Positions 58,514 through 64,000 of a DNA stretch of 64,000 bases are shown here, piece after piece (position 1 is the stretch's first letter; every line of letters starts with the position of its first letter). Both the position numbers and the translations under genes were made by a program. The notes below the pieces were generated by a model. That model was not told where the DNA came from. It saw nothing but the letters and a program-made list of their open reading frames with translations, and ran no database searches. The DNA is from an uncultured Gammaproteobacteria bacterium (GTDB lineage Bacteria; Patescibacteriota; Patescibacteriia; UBA9570; XYC2-FULL-38-9), in contig CAZBLE010000002.1 in NCBI GenBank assembly GCA_964492735.1, positions 135 through 64,134 on the forward strand, read 5' to 3'.

Positions 58514-58525
58514 AACAATATTGTT
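58514..58525. promoter_or_regulatory. Perfect 12-bp palindrome AACAATATTGTT in the promoter region of the HigB-like operon (candidate autoregulatory operator)
   Basis: It lies 23 nt upstream of the operon start codon and overlaps a TATAAT-like element. Confidence 0.4.
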
Positions 58526-58858
58526 ATAATAATGCAAGTGGGTAGATATTGTCAAATATTAATCCCAATAAACATTTCTTTGTTTCGATTCTAGTTTTTG
58601 ATATGCATTTCGAACAAAAACCTATCAAACAAAAATAATTTAAAGGCTCACCATATTTTTATAAAGAGTTTTTGGTTATTGTATTTGTGATAGGTGTTGT
58701 CAGTTTTGAGTGTAGAAAAAATAATATTTTTAGAATTAGAGTTTTGAAACGTGAGTAGGTCCTGACTCTCAAAAAGATAGAATAAATTATTATTCCGTGA
58801 GTTGTAAGCGTTAGTTAACATTTTGGCTAAATTTTCTAGTTGATATACACTTATTTTT

Positions 58859-59893
58859 ATGAATAGAGAAAGACTAGGGCAAAGGCCCGTGGCAGAAACA
58901 TCTCCAGATCAGCAACCCGTTCTTCTGTTTGGTGATCAGCGGGTTGCGTACACAATAGCTGCTGATGGAGATCCTGTCCCAGAAGGGCAGTACGCAATAA
59001 CCGTTGCGGTTGATGATCTTCAAGACCGAGAAGCAATTCAAGCATCTGTTCGCGCTGAATTAGAAAAGCAGTTCTGGTTTTTATCGACTGAATTTACAGG
59101 CGAGACTTTGCATGAATTATTTTCAATACAATTAGCAGATGGCGTTGCGATTCAGTTGTACAACTTTCGAGAAGGTGCTTTGTTGCCTGGTGAGGTGGAA
59201 AAAATTGCAGGGGCTTTGAAAAAATATTATGACGCGCTTCGTGATAAAACCCAGTGGCGAGTCGAGAGCGTGCAAGTGTGCTCAAAAGATGTGCCAAATC
59301 TGTTGAATGGTGAGCCGTATTATGGAATGAGTAATGAAGAGCAGCATCGATTTGAGTTGTATCCCGCGAGCTTCGGCAAAGGGCGATATGACGATGACTT
59401 TGATGTATCTTCTCTTGAAGCGGTTGTATTACATGAGCCAAGTCATGTGAATTTTCAACATGTATGGCAGGCAAATGCAGCGATGTTGGGGTGGGAGATT
59501 GTTGAAGATGTTCTGTTGGAGTTGCCTGGAGGTGAACGGACAATTTGGTATAACGCGACTCCGAAAGACTGTCCGACAGACTATGCTGCGTTGTATCCGT
59601 ATGAAGATATCCCTGAAAGTGTTGCGATGTGGTTTTTAGCGCCAGAGCAATTAAGTGCAACACGCCGAGAGATTGTTGAGCGGTTGTTTACGCGTGATGG
59701 CTTAAGTGAAAACGCCGCACCTCAAGTCACGCACGTGATGCCGCAGCTTCCAACCGCGCCGCATGTGTCTATACGCGTTACACAAAAACAGAATCGCAGG
59801 TCTTTGTTCGGAGTAGTTCAGGCAGTTGCCGCGCCAGAAAAACCAGTAGTGTCTTTGGAGGAATATCGAAAGTTACGTGCGTCTCAAAAATAA
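58859..59893 (+). CDS. Hypothetical 344-aa cytoplasmic protein with an HExxH motif (VVLHEPSHVNFQH) followed by LGWEIVED
   Basis: HExxH plus a downstream Glu-containing block suggests a zincin-like metallopeptidase. No signal peptide. Confidence 0.4.
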   Translation: MNRERLGQRPVAETSPDQQPVLLFGDQRVAYTIAADGDPVPEGQYAITVAVDDLQDREAIQASVRAELEKQFWFLSTEFTGETLHELFSIQLADGVAIQLYNFREGALLPGEVEKIAGALKKYYDALRDKTQWRVESVQVCSKDVPNLLNGEPYYGMSNEEQHRFELYPASFGKGRYDDDFDVSSLEAVVLHEPSHVNFQHVWQANAAMLGWEIVEDVLLELPGGERTIWYNATPKDCPTDYAALYPYEDIPESVAMWFLAPEQLSATRREIVERLFTRDGLSENAAPQVTHVMPQLPTAPHVSIRVTQKQNRRSLFGVVQAVAAPEKPVVSLEEYRKLRASQK

Positions 59894-59913
59894 AAAATAT
59901 GCCGTGGTGTTTT

Positions 59914-61230
59914 TTAAGAAGACTGCTTCCATTGTCCAGAACGTACATAATCAACCCCGCGTTTTATATCTTCTTGTCCGACACGATCTCCAAGTATCAC
60001 TTTTTCTAAACGCTCTAAAAACCCCGCGTCAAATTTACGCGCAATAGCATCTGTCATTTCCTCAAACATTGTGCGCCCAGCAGGCAAGCGGGCTTTGTCA
60101 TGGTCGGATTCAAGTAAAGCGCTGACTGCGAGTTTTGCATCAATCCGTTGATTCGCATCACCTTGTTGATCGGCGCTATTTCCATAAAATACATGCATTG
60201 CAAGCACGCGTTCGAACACATAGGCATATGGCTCTGCCGTAAATAAACCAGCAATCTCTCCTGGTGACATGTCTTTCATTGAAGGAGAACGTGTTTCTTT
60301 CTTCGCAAGAGCAGCAAAATGCTGTCGCGTGAGACGCTCAACCGTTGCTTCGTTGAGCCAACCAAGAAGTGATGGCGTTTCATTCGTATAAGGCGTGCCC
60401 ATGTCGTTGTACTGTCTTTTTTTTGATCGTAACATCAATCCTATGCGCTGAGCTCTTGTGTCCTCATCTCCGGCCGCTGCGTCTTCTGTTTTTTCAGATA
60501 ACGCATGATATAATTCGTGAGTCAGCACAACTTTTAATTTTGTAAAATCTTTTTGTACGTACGCCGCTTTTATTTTTATGAGATGGGAGCTGTCTAAGTA
60601 TTCGCCTAATCCATTCATATCACCTCCGACTTTGTTTGCATCAATTAATTGAACGACAATTCCATTGAGTCGTTCATCTATTTCTTGGTCGGACAATGTA
60701 ATACCTAAATCTTCACGAACCATTTTTACTTCAGTTGTAAAATCAGTAATCAGTCCTTGAAAATATTCCTTTGCTTCCGCTTCATTGAGCTGAATGTTCT
60801 CTAACTGTTTTCGAAAAACGTCTGCTAGTAGTTGATAAGGACGTGGATCTTCAATCGGACTTTGCTCTGTTGTAGGTTTCAGAGTTTTAAAAAGAGCTTC
60901 AAATTCACGAGAGCCATCATCGAGTTGCTGAAATATTTCTGTTATTTTTTGGAGGAGTCCCTGATCTTCAGGTGCGAGCCCGTCTCCGCGGAGCAGTGAC
61001 TCTTTTGTGTTTTTGTAGTTTGCGGGGTCTACGAGTTTTACTGCGAGCATTACAGATTGTAGATCTTCCTGTGTCAGACGATCAACATTCGTAACTAAGC
61101 CTTGTATTCTGTTTTCATATTCAAAGTCAACGTTATTATATCCATCTATTTTTTCCCCATAGATGCCAAATGCACGCGGTTTGTCCGGGTCTGTTTGCGG
61201 TGTTCTTTTCGTATGCTGTTCCATGCCCAT
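59914..61230 (-). CDS. Hypothetical 438-aa protein with an HExxH motif (VVLTHELYHAL) followed by LLGWLNEATVE
   Basis: Convergent with the previous gene. Shares the HExxH...LGWxxE pattern. No signal peptide. Confidence 0.4.
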   Translation of the reverse strand: MGMEQHTKRTPQTDPDKPRAFGIYGEKIDGYNNVDFEYENRIQGLVTNVDRLTQEDLQSVMLAVKLVDPANYKNTKESLLRGDGLAPEDQGLLQKITEIFQQLDDGSREFEALFKTLKPTTEQSPIEDPRPYQLLADVFRKQLENIQLNEAEAKEYFQGLITDFTTEVKMVREDLGITLSDQEIDERLNGIVVQLIDANKVGGDMNGLGEYLDSSHLIKIKAAYVQKDFTKLKVVLTHELYHALSEKTEDAAAGDEDTRAQRIGLMLRSKKRQYNDMGTPYTNETPSLLGWLNEATVERLTRQHFAALAKKETRSPSMKDMSPGEIAGLFTAEPYAYVFERVLAMHVFYGNSADQQGDANQRIDAKLAVSALLESDHDKARLPAGRTMFEEMTDAIARKFDAGFLERLEKVILGDRVGQEDIKRGVDYVRSGQWKQSS

Positions 61231-61273
61231 AATACGAGTGTACTGAAAAGCAGCAAGCCGCGCAATCTGCTGA

Positions 61274-61318
61274 GAAAAAAATCCCCATGAAAGGGGATTT
61301 TAAAATGAGTGTGGACCC
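61274..61318. repeat. Direct repeat copy 2: terminator hairpin plus aaaatgagtgtggacc, which includes an 8-nt match to the tRNA-Ala 3' end
   Basis: AAAAAAATCCCCatgaaaGGGGATTTTaaaatgagTGTGGACC. Confidence 0.7.
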
Positions 61319-61412
61319 TGGCTTCCAAAGTGGAACGAATTCTTCTTTGAGCCGCAGCGACTGGCGGCCATTTTACGTAGTCAATACTTTGTAGTAAGCT
61401 CATGCGTATTAT

Positions 61413-62039
61413 ATGAAAAAACAATTCATACTTTTTGATTTTGATGGTGTCATTGCAGATACGCTTGATCTTGCATATGAAATTGAATTAAATCTCTGTC
61501 CTCAATTAAAACAAGAGGAATTCAGTCTGCGTTTTAATGGAAATATTAACGACTGGGAAGACCCCATCAATTACCATTCAGATGATTGTGATCATAATGC
61601 AATTGATTTTTGGAGTGAGTTGATTCCACGAATGCTCACTGAAACACAAATTTTTCCTGGCATGCAGAATGTCATTGCTCAACTTGAGCAACACTATACA
61701 CTTATTATTATTTCATCCTCAATCACGAGTCCAATACAGCAGTTTTTAGAAAAACATACATTTGGAAGTCATTTCGATTGGGTGATGGGAAACGATCTCC
61801 ATAAAAGCAAAGTTGAGAAGATAAAAATGGTATTTGATAAATACGACATTACCGCCGAACAGTGCATCTTTATTACGGATACGGTAGGTGATATGAAAGA
61901 AGCTAATAAGATGGACGTACCTGCAATTGCTGTAACTTGGGGATTTCAAAGCCGTGAAATGCTTGAGAAAGGGCCTTACACCCGAATTGTTGATCAACCT
62001 TCGGATATTTTGAAGGCCGTTGCGGAACGTTTTGCTTAA
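61413..62039 (+). CDS. HAD-superfamily hydrolase (phosphatase-like)
   Basis: ILFDFDGVIADT is HAD motif I (DxDG). The C-terminal region carries HAD motifs III/IV (Lys and GD.xxD). Confidence 0.7.
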   Translation: MKKQFILFDFDGVIADTLDLAYEIELNLCPQLKQEEFSLRFNGNINDWEDPINYHSDDCDHNAIDFWSELIPRMLTETQIFPGMQNVIAQLEQHYTLIIISSSITSPIQQFLEKHTFGSHFDWVMGNDLHKSKVEKIKMVFDKYDITAEQCIFITDTVGDMKEANKMDVPAIAVTWGFQSREMLEKGPYTRIVDQPSDILKAVAERFA

Positions 62040-62041
62040 AC

Positions 62042-62082
62042 AAAAATCCCCATGAAAGGGGACTTTAAAATGGTTGTGGACC
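62042..62082. repeat. Direct repeat copy 3 (master copy): terminator hairpin immediately downstream of, and overlapping, the tRNA-Ala 3' end
   Basis: AAAAATCCCCatgaaaGGGGACTTTaaaatggtTGTGGACC; it functions as the tRNA-Ala terminator. Confidence 0.7.
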
Positions 62083-62149
62083 TTACAGGACTCGAACCTG
62101 CCACCTCCTGCGTGCAAAGCAGGCGCTCTACCAGATGAGCTAAAGGCCC
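62077..62149 (-). tRNA. tRNA-Ala (anticodon UGC) with a G3:U70 identity pair; CCA not encoded
   Basis: Reverse complement: GGGCCTTTAGCTCATCTGGTAGAGCGCCTGCTTTGCACGCAGGAGGTGGCAGGTTCGAGTCCTGTAAGGTCCA. The anticodon stem CCTGC/GCAGG closes the loop TTTGCAC. Confidence 0.8.
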
Positions 62150-62173
62150 AGAATTTATAGCAAAAGCAGTATA

Positions 62174-62401
62174 CTATTGGATGAAGATCCAGTCAAGAAT
62201 ATCAACAATCTGTCCGCTCATAATCATAAAAGCGAAGAGAATAAGCAAAACGCCGAGGATTTTATGGAATGTCCAGGTGCCGCCACTGCCAATTTTGTCT
62301 TCTGCCCATTGAATATAGCCAAAATTTTGAATCAGCCATTCAGTTTTGAGAATCTCAAACACTCCGATCGCAATTAACGTAAAACCAAAAAGATATTTCA
62401 T
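62174..62401 (-). CDS. Small two-TM membrane protein (75 aa), hypothetical
   Basis: Two hydrophobic helices. No family recognised. Confidence 0.4.
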   Translation of the reverse strand: MKYLFGFTLIAIGVFEILKTEWLIQNFGYIQWAEDKIGSGGTWTFHKILGVLLILFAFMIMSGQIVDILDWIFIQ

Positions 62402-62435
62402 AGGTTGATGATACGTAATTTATTCAATTCCTGCA

Positions 62436-62466
62436 ATAAAAAATACCCTGACTTCAGGGTATTTAT
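62436..62466. terminator. Rho-independent terminator (bidirectional hairpin)
   Basis: aataaaaaATACCCTGacttCAGGGTATttatg. Confidence 0.6.
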
Positions 62467-62578
62467 GTGTTCGTACTAGGGGATGGAGTAGTAGGTGCGG
62501 TCAGGAATGTGTCTGCGGGAAACTGTTGCGCAGGGTCGCAACTTTCCCGAGACACTTCCTGTAAAGCACCGTCATGCT

Positions 62579-64000
62579 CTATTTCTTCGTCTTAAATGTT
62601 TTCCACGCTGAGTATTTTCCACAACCAATTGTGTTACACGCTTGTACACGGAATTGATACTGTGTTCCGGCTTTTAATTTTTTCACTGTCTTGTTCAACC
62701 CAGTGATTTTTTTATACTTTGTCACTTTTGATTTTCCTTTTTCACGAACTGAAAGAGTATAGGTTTTCACACTTGATCCAAGTGGCGCGTCCCATGCAAG
62801 CTGCACCTGATTGGTTTTAAGCTTGCGACCAACTAGTGCTTTTGATTTTGCTGGTTTCGCTTTGTCACGCACACTCGTCATTGCAAAGCGGGTCAAATGG
62901 TCTGTCTGCAATGTCATTTCTGTTTTACTGGCGTAAGATGCAAGCCCTTCGGCCATGAATTGACCAGTTTCTGGTTGGTAGAAACTTGGTGTCAGTTCTG
63001 CAGTGCTCACACCCGCATCAATCAACTCTTTGTCAATTGGTAAGGTAATGTCAGCTGGTCGTGCTAATTGAGATACTTCAATACCGTCAGAATTCCAAAC
63101 ACTCATTTCATACGCAATGCCAACCTGTGCTAAACCGTTGCTATATACAATTTCTGGAATCGGTGCAATTTGGGCAGTGATGGTGCCTGCGGTATCAGCT
63201 GCGTAGGGTGCGAGTTGGATTTTTGCGCCTTCAGAGTTACTTAATGCACACACGCTTGCAGCATCGCAGGTTGTTTGAGCGGCTGCTGGAAATTCAATGC
63301 CTGTTGAACTGACATCTGGAAAATTGACTGAACTCTTTTTTGTAATCTTTACATCGCGCTGTACCATTGCAAGTTCACCATTTTGGTCAACACCACTTAC
63401 AATTGCGGTCCAATTTCCATCTGAAATATCAACCGTATATTTACTACCATTTACAGCAGCTTCAACCGCTTTGCCAGTTTCAGAATAGAATACAACATTG
63501 GCTTGTGTTAGGTCTTTGTCGAGCGTACCTTTCACCGCATTGTCTGCATCAGTGAATTGCGCGTCAGGCAAGGTTTTTGCAGCGCCGGCTATTGTGAACG
63601 TTTGAGACCCTGGAACAACTTGATCTGTTAATTCTGGTTGGTCAGAAAAATAGGCAGTGTACTTTCCGTCCGGTAGTGCTTGTGAAAATGAACCATTTGC
63701 GGCTGTTTTTGTTGTCACAGTCACAACATCTTCCATATTGATGTTTGTTTTTGCTGCATCAGCTGCATCTTCTAAGGCAGGAAGGTTTGTAATTGTGACA
63801 CGTGCTTCTGGAACAACAACACCAGCTTTATCTTTTACAACACCAGTGACTGAGCCTCCAGTAACAACGTGTGCTGATAGTTGAACGCCAGTTGTTGCAG
63901 TACCAGCAGTGACAGTTGCGGTGTCTGAAGAGACGCCGGTAACAAAGGCGGTTGCAGTAAGATCATTGATTTTTGGAACGACTTGCCATTTGCCTGGTCC
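62579..64000 (-). CDS. Large surface protein, C-terminal part (the ORF stays open to the window edge, so the N-terminus is outside the window); Ig-like repeats and a C-terminal FN3 domain
   Basis: The C-terminus KTYTLSVREKGKSKVTKYKKITGLNKTVKKLKAGTQYQFRVQACNTIGCGKYSAWKTFKTKK is FN3-like. I translated the minus strand past the tracked Met (63736) and found no stop up to position 64000. Confidence 0.6.
   Translation of the reverse strand, partial: GPGKWQVVPKINDLTATAFVTGVSSDTATVTAGTATTGVQLSAHVVTGGSVTGVVKDKAGVVVPEARVTITNLPALEDAADAAKTNINMEDVVTVTTKTAANGSFSQALPDGKYTAYFSDQPELTDQVVPGSQTFTIAGAAKTLPDAQFTDADNAVKGTLDKDLTQANVVFYSETGKAVEAAVNGSKYTVDISDGNWTAIVSGVDQNGELAMVQRDVKITKKSSVNFPDVSSTGIEFPAAAQTTCDAASVCALSNSEGAKIQLAPYAADTAGTITAQIAPIPEIVYSNGLAQVGIAYEMSVWNSDGIEVSQLARPADITLPIDKELIDAGVSTAELTPSFYQPETGQFMAEGLASYASKTEMTLQTDHLTRFAMTSVRDKAKPAKSKALVGRKLKTNQVQLAWDAPLGSSVKTYTLSVREKGKSKVTKYKKITGLNKTVKKLKAGTQYQFRVQACNTIGCGKYSAWKTFKTKK

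Larger units (their letters stand above)
57059..62149. mobile_element. Two tandem, apparently degraded genomic islets at the 3' end of tRNA-Ala, delimited by three direct repeat copies; no integrase present
   Basis: The intact tRNA plus terminator lies at the right end. Progressively degenerate copies of the terminator plus tRNA 3' end lie 0.7 kb and 5 kb to the left. The cargo is AT-rich and atypical (TA-like operon, HExxH proteins, HAD hydrolase). Confidence 0.5.

Noticed and set aside
61311-61380. Possible second (pseudo-)tRNA beside repeat copy 2
   Set aside because: Only the 8-nt tRNA-Ala 3'-end match and a weak T-arm-like hairpin are present. No cloverleaf can be drawn, so it is treated as a decayed att-site remnant rather than a tRNA gene.
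61146-61424. 92-aa minus-strand ORF spanning repeat copy 2
   Set aside because: It reads through the terminator hairpin and the tRNA-derived repeat and overlaps the start of the HAD gene region. There is no coding signal.
57059-62149. Integrase, recombinase or transposase that would make the tRNA-Ala islets an active mobile element
   Set aside because: None of the ORFs in or near the islets has tyrosine or serine recombinase or DDE motifs. The region is therefore called a degraded islet or remnant, not an active integrative element.

Overview
About 45% GC chromosomal segment of a small-genome bacterium. From the divergent 16S rRNA and sparse Shine-Dalgarno usage I infer a CPR/Patescibacteria-like organism; this is inference, not a database result. 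Most native genes lack a Shine-Dalgarno sequence and several look leaderless. The window opens inside a 16S rRNA gene on the minus strand. It then runs through a housekeeping block: rpsP, a KH-domain protein, trmD, smc, rnc, nusB, rpmF, tpiA, gyrA, rpsA and ftsH. Next come a tRNA pair with an unusual tRNA-Ile(UAU), then a flippase, GT4 glycosyltransferase and two O-antigen-ligase-like genes followed by several secreted or anchored Ser/Thr-rich surface proteins. After those sit ddl, a Fic/XRE module, a thioredoxin and CcdA-TlpA redox module, and a copper island (copA, csoR with a palindromic operator, an HMA-DsbD_2 protein, a NirK-like oxidoreductase). Finally there are two MFS transporters and tRNA-Ser and tRNA-Ala genes. 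The most unusual region is 57.0-62.2 kb. Here two tandem islets lie upstream of the 3' end of tRNA-Ala, each bounded by a degenerating ~40-bp direct repeat made of a terminator hairpin plus the tRNA 3' end. The larger islet carries an AT-rich HigB-like/XRE/unknown three-gene operon and a convergent pair of HExxH-motif proteins; no integrase is present. Other notable items: four GC-rich (50-60%), Shine-Dalgarno-bearing hypothetical ORFs that look foreign against the Shine-Dalgarno-poor background; a ~100-nt structured RNA ahead of the flippase operon; a giant beta-helix/FN3/Ig surface protein that shares a C-terminal KLSNxTW-TM anchor motif with its neighbour; and two surface proteins that share a paralogous ~190-aa C-terminal domain. 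No CRISPR array, reverse transcriptase, integrase or transposase was recognised.
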